Source: Octopus sinensis (Eukaryota). From it: DNA of 64,000 nucleotides. The stretch is taken from positions 163,246,001 to 163,310,000 of the forward strand of contig NC_043000.1 in assembly GCF_006345805.1 (NCBI RefSeq), given 5' to 3'. Both the position numbers and the translations under genes were made by a program. The notes beneath the pieces are model-generated. The model was not told the origin of the DNA. It saw only the letters and a program-made list of their open reading frames with translations, and ran no database searches. The first letter of the stretch is position 1. Every line of letters starts with the position of its first letter. Below are positions 1 through 13,559 of this stretch, one piece after another.

Positions 1-1726
1 TAATCTAAGGTTCGTATTTATAGAAAGATTTCGTGTCATGCGTCTCTGAGTTGTATCTCTATGTGTCAGCACTATGATCATAAGATTGTGGTTTCGATTC
101 CTAGACCGGGCCAAGCGTTGTATTCTTGAGCAAAACACTTCATTTCACGTTGCTCCAGGCCACTCAGCTGGCAAAAATGAGTAACGCTGCGATGGACTGG
201 CGTCCCGTCCAGCTGGGAACACATACACCATAGAAACCGAGAAACCGGACCCATGAGCCTGGCTAGGCTTTAAAAGGGCGCAATTATTATTATTTTTTTA
301 TGAGATGTAAAGGAAAAATAGAAAAAGAAAATCTTTCTTTTTTTTCTTTTGAATAAGTTCATGCAGATAATATGTTAGTCATAAAGGTAATACATGAAAG
401 CTAAAGCTGACCTCGGCAAGATCTGAAGCGATTGTGGTGAGTGTCAAAACAAATCCGACGAATTAACGACTTTCCTTTTGTACTTTTCTACTTTAGGCAT
501 AAGGCCCAAATCCTTTCTACTAGAGACACAAGATCTGAAATTTGGGGGGAGAGGAATAGTCGACTATGTCGACTCCAGTGTTTCACTGGTACTTATTTTA
601 TCGACCTGAAAAGGATGAATTTGAACTCAGAACGTCAGGACAGACGAAATGTCGGTAAGCATTTTGCCCGGCGTGCTAATGATTCTGCCATTTGGCTGTC
701 TTGACGAACTAACGACTGTCAAACGACAAGCGAATACCAATGAATTGCAAGATAGATTACAGATATCATAATCTCTCTGACTGTGTTTCCATTAACTGTG
801 CCATGGAGAGCTTTGGTTGTGTGTTCTTCATTCATAGGATGGGGCTTTAGTGCAAAGTTTGCTTCCTTTGTTTTTCAAGCGTAACAAACTGCACCCGGCA
901 CAACAGCAAGATTTATATTACCATAACTACTGGATACAAAGCCAGCAATTTCGAAGAGCCGGAGCTAGTCGGTACCATTGATCTAGTTGATATTTATTTT
1001 ATTTTATCAACCCTAAAACGATAAAAGGCAGATTTGACCCCAGTGGGATTTGAACTCAGGTCCAAAAGAACCGGACTGCCAGCTCATCACCTACGCTCTA
1101 TCTGAGCTCGGAGCTTAAATTTTGCTAGTGTAAACGTCCATTTTGTCTTTCACCATTTCAAGGTAGATAAACTACTACTAGTTCTGTGCAAGACTTGATT
1201 CTTCACTTTCGCTTAATTTTTTCTGCTTGCCTAACATTCTCTCTTCTAGAAGAGATTGGTTGTGGTCGGACCTGGAGAGAGAAAGACTTTGTCACGTCAA
1301 AATATGCCCAAGACACACCGTATATAACGACAGCAGCCCTTGAACTCTATCAAAGAATTGAGGGCGCGAAGTAAAGCGAGCGCGCATACATAGACAAATA
1401 CACACACACACACACACACATCTATGTATTTGTAGGTGTGTGTGCATTAGTGATCCTATCTCATTGTTGTTAAACTGAAGTGACTATAGATAATGAAGGA
1501 AATTGGATCAAGATAAACCCAACCCTTTCATACCAAACTAACACAGTTTAACAGTATTGTTCCGGAACCATTAAGTTAACGCTAGGTAATGGGGATTGCG
1601 TGGCGGCTAAGAATACAACACTATTTAGTTAAACCCCTGCCACATGATACTATACACTCGTACGTAAAGACAACTCCACCCTTATGTGTTTGTATGTATA
1701 TTCACTTTATTTTCTGTTTTATATTA

Positions 1727-1772
<46 letters not shown>

Positions 1773-2275
1773 GCGAGCGTGTATATAAATACATTCACAT
1801 ATATATATATATTTAGATGTATATCTTTATGTATATGTTTACATATATATATATATATACGTACATATTTATATATATGTACACTCACATACACACACAT
1901 ACATACATATAGGTATACATATGTACATAGATATTTATAGACATACACATTGTTATATATTTTGTATATATGTATGTGTGTGTATGTATGTATACTCGTT
2001 CTTCTCTCTCCTGTCTTTCTCCTTCTCTCTCTCTCTCTCGCAACGTGTGTGTGCGCGTGTGGACAGTGCTGTGCAACAGACGGAATTTTGCAGGAAGTTA
2101 CTTGCAAATCGTATTTGTGCTGCAGTTTCACTATTGCAGCCAACCCAATTTCCTCCAAGCCCCCACCCCTGCCTTTAACTTACTTCGAAAGAAGCCTTCG
2201 ATAACAATACCACGAACAATAAGGAGTCTGTGGCACCTTTTAGTTTCAGATATACCCTTTACATACTTTATGTAC

Positions 2276-2311
<36 letters not shown>

Positions 2312-3132
2312 CACACACACCACACACACATATATATATATATATATATCACGCACATATGCACACATGCATTTCTTATACAGATATCCGCTTTCTTCGT
2401 ATTGCCTCGTACATCAACGAACTCAGGATTTTATTAACTTACAGAAATACCCAAATACACATATATAGATATGTATATTATATATATATCTGTGTATTTG
2501 TATATATTCATCGTTGAGACACTCGTTCTCGTACGTTCACTTTCTAATATTTATTATCGTCAGAAATACGTGCGTTTGCTCATGTTACAAAATAGTTGTG
2601 TCGAAATTGTCAAGGTTCAACAGGCACAAAATCCCCGACGTACATCAGAATAAAAAGCACAGACACGCACAGTGGATAGGATACTGATTAACCAGGCGAG
2701 AAGTCAGGGGTTCGCATCTTTCCATAGGTACCGTGTTGTGCCTTTGGCCAGGATATTTCAAATGGCACAGCGTACACAGAGACTGCGGGTTCAGAAACAA
2801 CGCGTTGTTACTAGTAGGTAGCATTGTAAGACAGGATACAAATCAGACAACCACTAGTTTCTTTGGAATTTATTGGGTTATGTTTTCATTATAACTTTAA
2901 GAGTTTACTTGGAGGATTGCAGAGCAGAATTTAGTTTATAAACTGATGTGAAACCACTCTTCTTATATAATCTTCTTTAGAAGCCATGCAGGAAATATAT
3001 GTGTGTGTGTGTGTGTGTGTGTCTGTCTATCTGTCTGTCTGTCTGTATGTATGTGTGTATGTATGTATGTATGTATGTATGTATGTATGTATGTATGTAT
3101 GTATGTATGTATATGTATGTATATATATATAT

Positions 3133-4368
3133 TCAATATGAGCCCATGGAAAAAACATGAGTACATTTAAGTACCCCAGTTATATCTAAAAATAGAAATT
3201 CTTTGGTCAGTTCAGTACAACGTGTTGACTGTTCCCGACTACAGATTATAGTGGTTACCCTTCCCTGTAGCTAGTAGTAATAAGTCTACTACTAATATAG
3301 GATGAAGTTTTTTTTTCTACAGAAAAAAATTCCATCAAGAAATGTGGCAGCATATTAAAATACCTTTACGGTTAAAATTATAAACAACTTATAAGTAAGG
3401 GCTAAAGAAAATTATTTCAAAGCCAATATGCTGATAACAGACTATTAAATCGTCAATTTCCACATATAATTCACTCGCTACAGCAAAAACCGAAGAACTG
3501 AAATCGGGCAAGCCGGCCGTTAGAATTTTTAAAAAGTTCGTTATTTCTATATTGAATCAATTTCGGAATTAATCTCATAAAAGACTTATTCCTCTTCAGT
3601 AGAGCTCACGAAAGGATATAAATAAGATACTTACATGCTCCCATGGAAAAAGCCGAAGCAAAAAAACATGAGTACCTTTAAGTACCCCAGTTATATCTAA
3701 AAATAAAAATATGCTGCCACATTACTTGATGGAATTTTTTTCTGTAGAGAAAAAACTTCATCCTATATTAGTAGTAGACTTATTACTACTAGCTACAGGG
3801 ACTGGTAACCACTATAACCTGCAGTGGGGAACAGTCAACACGTTGTACTGACCAAAGAATTTTTATTCAGGAGGGGACCAGGAGGGGATCCACATCGGGT
3901 GACTTCTAGGAGGCGTCATTTTTGGATCTGCTATATAAGCCTGTATAAGTTCCGAGGCGGGCAAACTGTAGGGCTGAATCAGGGGACACACACTGTAGCT
4001 GCATCTCTAGTGTTTGTTTGCTTCTCTTCGTAAACACCCTTGTCTAGAAAGAGTGTTTCTCAAGCGCTCTAAACGCCATAATCTAAAATGGGTTTTAGTC
4101 TAGATCCCTAAACGCTAGTATCTAGAATAGATGTTTATCGAGTTCTCGAGTTTTCGGAAAATCGTCTCAAACTGTTGTTAATTTAACTCTTTAAATGCCA
4201 TTGCCTAAAAAGGCAGCTGTAAGACCTGTAAAAAGCCTCTGACCATGATTTTGGTCATCTTCGATACTTTCATTTTACCCAGAATCATAGTTTTCCAAAT
4301 ACTTTCACTTTTAATCCATCCTGAATTCTATCGTTACATCAAACTATAACAAACATACGGTTAAACAA
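3133..4368 (-). mobile_element. Probable Penelope-like (PLE) fragment: pLTR-like region with hammerhead, direct and inverted duplications
   Basis: Bounded by (TA)n on both sides and contains the hammerhead at 3537-3612. Direct repeat 3143-3195/3640-3707 and inverted repeat 3196-3356/3708-3863. A minus-strand piece FKELN*QQFETIFRKLENSINIYSRY loosely resembles PLE ORF N-termini. Confidence 0.45.
3537..3612 (-). ncRNA. Type I hammerhead ribozyme motif, intact core
   Basis: Minus strand: TTCGT-GAGC-TCTA [CTGAAGA] GGAAT...ATTCC [GAAA] TTGA-T-TCAA [TA] TAGA-AATA-ACGAA. All core nucleotides are present and three helices pair. AUA cleavage site between 3550 and 3549. Confidence 0.8.
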
Positions 4369-6002
4369 TATATATATGCAGGCTGCCAAAATTCACAGAA
4401 AGAGGGTGAAATGAAATTTCAGACTTTTAGGAAAAAAGGAATAGAGATTATCGGATAGGTCCCAAGTTGGTCAATGCTAATTTATGGTTAAACAACAACC
4501 AACAATAAATAAGACTATGAGGAGTTAATTGGCCGCAAAATCTTATTCATATCACACTCAATTTTATTAAAAGGTGGACTCATTGAACAATGAGAACCTT
4601 CATACATTGTCTCGAGACAAAAAGGGGTTGGCGCGACTGGAATGCATTTGATAAAATGTTTGCTCTGTCAGGGCTGGCCGAGGATTAGACGACAACAACA
4701 ACAACAATAACTTCTGGGAAAAAAAAATTATATTCATAGTCACTTGTATCTTATAAAATAAAGAATCAGTCTATTTGGTGATAAAAAAAAAGCAAAATAA
4801 ACAATCAAACAAATAAAAACGCACTAAGAAAGAAAAGACCGAGAGGGAAAAAAAGAGAAAGAATGAATATCCCAAAGTGATTCTATGAGATTAACTCATG
4901 CATGTCTTGTATGAATAATTACTTCATTAAAAGACTTCTAGAAAGTAAGTGAATGGAAACAGTGCGCACGCGCGTGTAAACTCACACACGTACACACACA
5001 CACACACACACACACACATCGGCTAGAATAAATAATATATATGTATGTGCGTGTATGTGCATGCATATATGTATGTGCATGTATATGTATATATATATAC
5101 ATGTGTATGTGTATACATACATACATACATACTGGCGCGCGCACACACATACGCACAAGATCGGATTCAGTACCAATGATCCGATCAGTAAAGAAAGAAG
5201 AAAAAAAATGAAATCGCGAAACAATTAACGAAAGTAAAAAACCTTGTCGTTTTAATAGCCTTCGTTTCTGGTCTGTCTGATTCTCTATTATTAGAACAGA
5301 TTAATGACACGCTTTTATTGGTTGATTGTAAATATAAAGCAATGGTAAAAGTTCCTGGGAAACAACACCTGAACTCTAGGTTCGATTGACGGTTTAGTAA
5401 TTCCTTTTCATTTAATTAAAGTGCTTACAGGTTTTTTTTTTTGGTTTTCTTAAAAAATTTTTTTTAATCGTTATCGATAACCTGGAGGCAGTTTCTCAAA
5501 ACAGCTTTGCTTTGGACACACTTTCCGAAAATGAAACTTTCGGATGTGATTGAACGACATGGCGATCCGTTAAAGGCCACAGGATGTTCAGTAGTGTTAT
5601 TGTTGTGGCTCTTAGCACTGGATTAACTCTAGACCAAACAATATTCTCTATAATCAAAAATACTCTACTTGTCACGATCCAGAACTTTTTCCTTTCAAGC
5701 ATACTGTAGAGGTTCTCAATCACCGAGCTGCGGACCAGTGCCGAGCCGTGGTTCATTTAGTACCGGACCGCAAAGACAATAATTTTTTTCTTTGATTTCT
5801 ATTTTATTGGCTATTACAATCAGTCGGTTCATTTTGCATTGTATTTGCATATGCGCACACACACACACACACACACACGTATATATATATATACACACAT
5901 ATATACACACACATATATATATATATATACAAACATACATACTCATATATATATACACACACACGATATATATATATATACACACACAAATATATATATA
6001 CA

Positions 6003-6098
<96 letters not shown>

Positions 6099-6474
6099 AC
6101 ACACACAATGTGATTTATATATACTATCTATCTGTCTGTCTATCTGTATGTATATACATATTTATATATATATATATGTAAATTAATGAATAATATCAGG
6201 GTAATAAAGATTTTAGAAATGTTTACTACCAGTGAGTGGCCCAGCGTATAGAAAAAAAGTGGTTTGGTCTTTAGGTGTTCCTTCTAGCGTAAGGGAGTTC
6301 TGTGATGGATACCGCTTAATGTGTTTGAATGTACACTGTATTTTATATATATATATATTTCTAAATTTAAACAGACTCTAAGTAAAAAAAAAAACCCCAC
6401 CGTACATGGTGTGATTAAGTGGAGAGTGAAAGAAATAAAGAAAAAGAATATATATATGTATTATTCTGTTATTT

Positions 6475-6661
6475 GTTTATTTGTTTCAGTCATTTGACTG
6501 TGGCCATGCTGGAGCACCGCCTTTAGTCGAACAAATCGACCCCAGGACTTATTCTTTGTAAGCCTAGTACTTGTTCTATCGGTCTTTTTTGCCGAACCGC
6601 TAAATTACGGAGACATATACACACCACCGTCGGTTGTCAAGTGATGGTGGGGAGACAGACA

Positions 6662-6734
<73 letters not shown>

Positions 6735-6885
6735 GACGGGCTTCTTTTAGTTTCCGCCTGCCAAATCCACTCACAAGTCTTGGGTCTGCCTGAGGCTATA
6801 TTAGAAGACGCCCAAGGTGCCACGCAGTGGTACTGAACCCAGAACCATGTGGTTGGTAATGAAGCTATTTACCTCACAGCCACTC
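6475..6885 (-). mobile_element. tRNA-derived SINE family A (internal CA/TA microsatellite, LINE-like tail)
   Basis: Colinear with copies at 39891-40386 and 46621-47034. The head has a B-box-like GGTTCAGTACC. Confidence 0.85.
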
Positions 6886-9800
6886 AAAAATGTAGTAATT
6901 AAATTATATGTTATATACTTTATGATATTTTGTTATGTGCGCGATGTGGTCCATAGAAAAAACTGTGCTGCTAGAAAGGTTGGAAACCGCCGATCTAACA
7001 TATTGCTCCGATATATCATAGAAATTTGACGTCTATTTCTAGCATGACATATAATCGCCTAAATGTTATCTCGTTCGTTGACTTGTTTATTTTAATGTTA
7101 ATTCATATTGCAGTTTGAACTGTGGAGAAAAACGATATCGTTACGTAAAGTCGGATGGACAATATTGTATAATAAAACAATATACAACATATGATATAGC
7201 AATTTAATATAATGTTGTATAATATAATGGTTTCAAATTTTAGCACTAGGCCTGCAATTGAGGAAGGACGCTCGTTGATTACATCAACTCCAATGATTAA
7301 CTGGTAATTATTTTATCGCCCCGAAAGGTCAGAATTTGAACTCGGGACGTAAAAACGGATGAAATGCCGTTAAGCACATTGTCAGGCGTAATATTGATTC
7401 TGCCATTTCACCGCCTTAAGTTTGTAAAATCTAAAAATAAAAAAAAAAACAGATTTTTAACATCTCTGTTTGACGCCATATTTTGTTTTCAAGAAATCAC
7501 AATTGTGTATCGACCACCAGTTTTAGTCTCTTTATATTATTTTGCACTCCTTATCACCTTATGTTTATATGGGTGTGTGGTGTGCATGTGTGAATGCCTT
7601 ATTTTCCCTGTGGGCATTAGCAGTGGAACTGGCTTGAAATTGCTTCTAACCTAGAATGAAATCCACATCGGGAGTATCGGATTTACAGAAATCTAACCTC
7701 GTAAATAATAAATTCTTTAGACCTACCACAAGACTAATTTTCTCAGAGATGGCTTATTTCATTTATGCCTCTACTTTATTGTCACACAAGGCTTTTGATG
7801 TCTTGGAAAGAGAAAACACAAGCGCAGTCTGGGTGAGATTTGAACTGAGATTGTAAGAGAACGGAACTAAATACTTTACCGTATTTAGTCTCAGTGCTAA
7901 GCAACTTTCCACTTTTATAGATATAGGTTTCTTACTTAGGCAAGCTATTAACTTTTTCCGGGGAGGTGTAAGGTCTCTAGAAATCTCTCTTTATATTACG
8001 GGTATCTATTTGATTGTCAATAGATAGGAGATAAACTGTAGAATGACCCTAGCGGAATTTGAACTTAGAAGTTAACTATTGCAAGGAATTTAACCCCGTA
8101 CTCCACCAACCCGTTCACCATTGTCACCTTTAAGAAATGTAAGTCAACCATAACATTTATACGAATTCCGTAAGAGAGAATGAATAATTCACATCGTTAG
8201 AGAGAATAGTTTTATTACTTTTGAAAGTAAGAAAGGATATACTGCCTTCAGTATCCAACAGGAAATAGTTCTGCCAAAAGTGAACCAAAAAAAAAACAAA
8301 AATGCACAAGTAAAAAAAAGATATTTTTTTTTAAAAAGCATCTTTCGTAATTCAACAGAGAAAGGAGACTAAATTAGCATTTGCTAGAAAGGTAGATTTA
8401 TTTTGCTTCATGTCGTTAGTGTCTTTTTTGTTTTGTTTTTTGTGTGTTGTTGATAGGCTTTCTTACTGCTTGTACAGATATCACTATTAATTTCCCCCTT
8501 TTATAGCTAAGTGTTTGCTTTGCCCTATTTTTCTAACAGTTGCCATTTCTTAAAGTTAAATCTTATCCAGAGAGTGAGTGAGGAACGGTACAAGTTCAGA
8601 TTTGATTTACAGCAGTTGCCAAAACATTTCCGAAACTCCTACTCACTTAAATGGCTTCATGAGACCTTCCTTATTATTCATTATTCATTTTGCGAATATC
8701 TTAGTATCTTGAATAAAAGCCGTGGAAAATGCTTTCAAGCTCTAGAAAATTTGCAAGTATGTCATTTTTTTTTTGTGACTAGTGGTTTGTAGAGTTTATA
8801 AAGTTAAGAGTTCTTAAACTTTACTTATTTTCTTTTAATAAGATTCCGAATCACAAGAATACGGATAGCAAGTGTTAATATCCTATTTCCTCAGTCATAC
8901 GTGGATAACTGATACGTCTGTCTACAAATTTGAAGAAGTACCGCTCAGTCATCACAACGTTGTCCCAGGAGTTGAACATTGAAATGGACTACTCATGAAT
9001 CTCTCAGTGACGCCATTAACTACAATGATGTAAAATAACATAAGCGGCCCTATCGACTTCCGAAGGAATGCCCGATAGCGGGAAACCTAACCGTTACGAT
9101 AAAAAGAAAATATTAAGGGGCTTTCAGTTGGTTAACCGATACCCTTTCGACTCCACTACCTGCCTTCTCTCCTCAAAATTCACTCTAACATGTTGAGGTT
9201 GTTTAACTGTAGAATCCCACCACCGCCAAAAACAACGTCAAGGCTGTATCTGTGACCCTTCAGATGGTCTGATAGACTGTCCGAAGAGAAGGTGAAAGAA
9301 AGAAAGTTATTCTCAAACCAGAGACCTGGTGTGAATGCTTGCGACGAAGTGGACACCGCTAAATGCACAGAAGGTGAAAGCTGGTGACCTGAAACCGGGT
9401 GACATAATATCTACATTAATCACATATTCTACAGAATACAATATATTATATGTATATATGTATGACAAGGAATAAGCATGTCCGTACCTTGCGTGTGAAT
9501 TTTCCGTTTGTTCCTTTGTCGTGCTTCTGTTCAGTTTTTGATATATATATATATATATATATATTTATCATTAGAAACTGGAAGGGTTTTGAATGGTAAC
9601 TTAGACTTACACGTACCCAGTTAATTACACACACACACGCTCGCACACGAACACACATATCTAGGCACGCGTATTAGTATACATCTACGTGTTCTTTCCA
9701 GAGAGTATGTATCTGTGTCTTCTTTCTGTCTGTTTGTATGTGCACACATTATTATTATGCCTGTTCTGATCGTTTCCGCATGGTTAAGGCATCAACAACA

Positions 9801-10036
9801 TACAGTCTCGCTATTTGTTAAAACAAAAAGAGGAAATGTCAAATACGACCTTTCTATGCAAATTCATTAAATGTAGTCACGCGTTTCTAGAAATATCTTC
9901 CGAATATTTCTTGAAATATATGTGAACCGCCACCGCTACAACCGGTCTATGAGAATCACCCCCACCACCATATCTACCTCCTTCATCTAAATATAATTAA
10001 TAATAGCGATACATATGCTGCTGTTATTATTATTAA

Positions 10037-10097
<61 letters not shown>

Positions 10098-10144
10098 GAC
10101 TTGATTTATACTGAACACTTCCTATAAATATGTATATATATATG

Positions 10145-10215
10145 TGTGTGTGTCTATGTACTGTATATACATACATACATACATACATACATACGCACAC
10201 ACACACATACATACA

Positions 10216-10249
<34 letters not shown>

Positions 10250-10350
10250 CATACATACATACATACATTACATACATACGCACACACACACACACACATA
10301 CATACATACATACATACATACATACATACATACATACATACGTACATACA
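10145..10350 (+). repeat. (ATAC)n/(AC)n microsatellite
   Basis: Direct reading. Also at about 24970-25105, 29020-29100, 33757-33910 and 35350-35443. Confidence 0.95.
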
Positions 10351-10836
10351 TTAATGTTCGATAGGAATACGATTGTTACCAAAAACAAGTGAACTTGCTT
10401 TTGATATCATAATATCTATTTTGAGATCCTGCAATAAACGTCAGCCAAGCAGAGCCAATATTTCTTCCTTCTTATTCTTTTGCCTCGGCTCTTCTCCCTT
10501 TTGCTCCTGCTCCCACTTCTTATTTATATATTTATTTACTGTTATTATTGTTTTTTTACTATCTGATCGTATTGATTTCTGTTCACTTAACGCAAGGCCA
10601 ATTTTCGTCTGTGAAATGCATTGTTAATTAAATCGACCCCAGAGTGTTATTGGTACTTATTTCATCGATCCATTAATGATGAAAGGTGAAACTAAATCCG
10701 GCGTGATTTGATTTCTAAACATGGAAAATCCGTATTAAATGCTTTCATACATTTATTAGGGAAATTAATAGAGTACGTGAAAAGACCTCAGTACTTGTTT
10801 TTTTTTTCTTTTCTTAATCTTTTAGGAAGAAACGAC

Positions 10837-10999
10837 CAGGCGCGGTCCCAGGGATTTTTCGAAATAAAGGCACAAGGTCAGAAAGGAATACAATTCCAGG
10901 CGAAAAGGGCGTTATAACTTTATTTAGAAGGGCACACTTCTTTTCTTGAATGGAGGAGCTCACACGTTCCTCAGCCCCCTTGCCTTGGATCCGCCCCTG
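10837..10999. mobile_element. Short MITE with imperfect CAGG(G/C)GCGG TIRs (hAT-like)
   Basis: CAGGCGCGGTCCCAGG ... CCTTGGATCCGCCCCTG. No recognisable TSD. Confidence 0.45.
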
Positions 11000-13559
11000 A
11001 GGACAGTATCATGACCTTTTCCAGGGCTCCAAAGATTAGTGGAAATTATCTTCTAGTTTGAGATGTGGTCTGAATTCTTGCAACAGAGTGGACTCTGCTA
11101 AAGGCAACCAGCCTAGCAATGCACTCGATTCTATGGCTGTTATTCTACGACCATAGGAGTATAAAAAGCGACGTCAACTTCGATGGGATTCAAATTGATG
11201 ACAACTTATACTGTGACTAATTGTTGCAACGCATGTTGTTCGCCATTTTACCAGTTCTCATCTCCACTAACTTTGATGCAAATAAATGATGCCTTACGTA
11301 GAAGCATGGCTTCAATTTCAGGAGTGTGTATCGTTACGGCCGTTTTAACAGCATTATAGGTTCCAAGACAGATTAATGCACGGTGTTCTCTACTTAAGCA
11401 ACCATAGCAAACTTACATTAGTATTGTGTCCCTAAACGGGTGAAGCTTCCAGGTAATTGCTCAGTGTACCTGTACATGGATATAGTTGGTTAAGTTTGAC
11501 CCACTAAAGGTCTGATAATTATTTTATCGTCTCAAGGTAGACGAAAAGCAAAGTCGATTGCTCAGTAACTAAATACTACGATTCGTTTTGTCCGCCGTCC
11601 TCCTGATTTTGTCATCTACAATCTTTGATATAAATAAAAATCAAAATTCAGAAATTTTATCTAGATGTCAACATTCACCATATTTATTTTATCAAATACA
11701 CCCTTACCCACCAAATGCTTTGAATGAATGTGCAGAAAAGAAAGAAAAAAATATATATACATGTATACTGTACGACGAGGCACAGTTGAATCATACTTAC
11801 TAATTTATTCCGCGAAGAAAATATCGTTGAATATTTCTTGTTATTATAACAAGCCTGTTGAATGTTGCAAACATCTGATAATCTACTCAGAACATCACCT
11901 GTAAAAGTAGTCTGCTTGTTGGATCAGCAGTGTTGGGTTGGTTATGTGATTTAGACATGGCCGAGAAATGTCGTGGAAGCCAACGCTTGTGGGATTTGTG
12001 CTGTTCTGTTTATAGACATAACATTTACAACTAGTCTTGCTACAATAACAGGATTGGCAGGTGGGCAAGCAACATGGATTTCACATTATCATTTCTTTCG
12101 TCTGATTGTTTTCTTTATATTTTTGCGCTTTTTTCTTTACTCCATGTTCATCGTCTTTTCTGTTGTTTCTCGTGCTGGTGGCTTATGGCAGCGGCGGCGG
12201 GCATTATTGGTGGTGTGATAGATTTTGTGTGATTGTTGCTGCTGTTGATCCCCCAAACACAATCTTGATTGAGTAGATTTATGATAACAAATGTAGCAGC
12301 CAAAATATCCCGTTTGTTTTTGTATATCGAGAACTGCATTTCTCATGAATCGCCCTTGCTTATTTTTACAATCGTCGAGTTTGATAGCCGTCGAAAATAG
12401 GCTGCTGTTTCTAACAGATCAGTTGACCTTGTAGAGCAATCCCACCTGTGGTTAAAAAAATAACAATAATCATTTATTGTTTTTATTATTACTGTTTTTG
12501 GTTGCATGTAATTATTGATGCTATAGTTCTGTTTAGCCCAAAGACAAAGCTGATTAAATATAAACAAAAATGTGCCAACCATGACCATCTTAACTTTTCT
12601 CAATATCTACGACTACATTAGCCAATGTCTCCTTCCACTTGTGGGAGCTAGGTCACTATTTCTAGCAGATCAAGCAGCAGGAAGAGGCTTACTAGCTGGT
12701 TCGTCATTGGTGGTGGCAATGGTAATGGTTGTGGTGGTGAGGGCTTCACCTTATTTAGGAAAATGAAAGTTGGCAGTTTTAATAGTAATGATGATGATGA
12801 TGATGATGACAGTGGTAGTGGTGGTGGTACCAAGGTAAAAATGTAGATGGCATAATGGTGATTGTTATTGTTGCTACTATCGACAAACAGATGGATGTTA
12901 GTGATGATGATGATGATGGTGTTTATAATGTTGGTGATTGTGACGCCACTAGTGTTACTGGGATTTATTTGAATTATTACGGTTACCATTAAGAAGATGA
13001 AAGCTGGCAGTTTTACTAGTGATGATGATGATGATCATCATCATCATCATCATTATCATTGTGGTGGTATTTGCAGTTTTGAAGGAGATATGTTGTAACT
13101 AATGAAGAAGTTATAGGTTTGTCGGTGGTGGGCATGCTTGCCGAATTTAGTTTTGTCACTCATTTTGATGTCTTTACAGCTGTTGTTCCAAATGTACAAC
13201 TTAAGACCTCAGTAAATTAACCGTATCATTTCCCTCCTAAACATCCGTGACCCTTTACTTATATTACAAATCCTTATGACTGCTGTAACATGGGCCTACT
13301 CTCGTCAACTCATACTCTGTCTCATTTCCCTCCTAACCTTGCAATAATCACACATCCCTCTTCCTCCTCAATCCTCCCTCTGGAATTCCTATAATGCCAT
13401 CACGTCCTTGTTTAGTTCTAGATCAACTCTGATGGTGAAGATTTATAATCAAAAATATTTTAACCGCCATCACCATGGTGTCTATCAACCCCCTCAGATA
13501 TAGCGTATCTAGGAGTAAGTTCATTGCCCAGTGCAGCCTTCCATTCGTAAGAAAGCAGA

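Noticed and set aside
2520-2575. CTGACGA-TAAT/ATTA-GAAA on the minus strand
   Set aside because: No helix I or proper helix III pairing, and Y-R closing of helix II; probably chance.
5480-5790. Possible Tc1 transposase C-terminus and hAT-Charlie-like end (TAGAGGTTCTCAATC)
   Set aside because: No matching opposite terminus or TSD was found, and the protein similarity is marginal.
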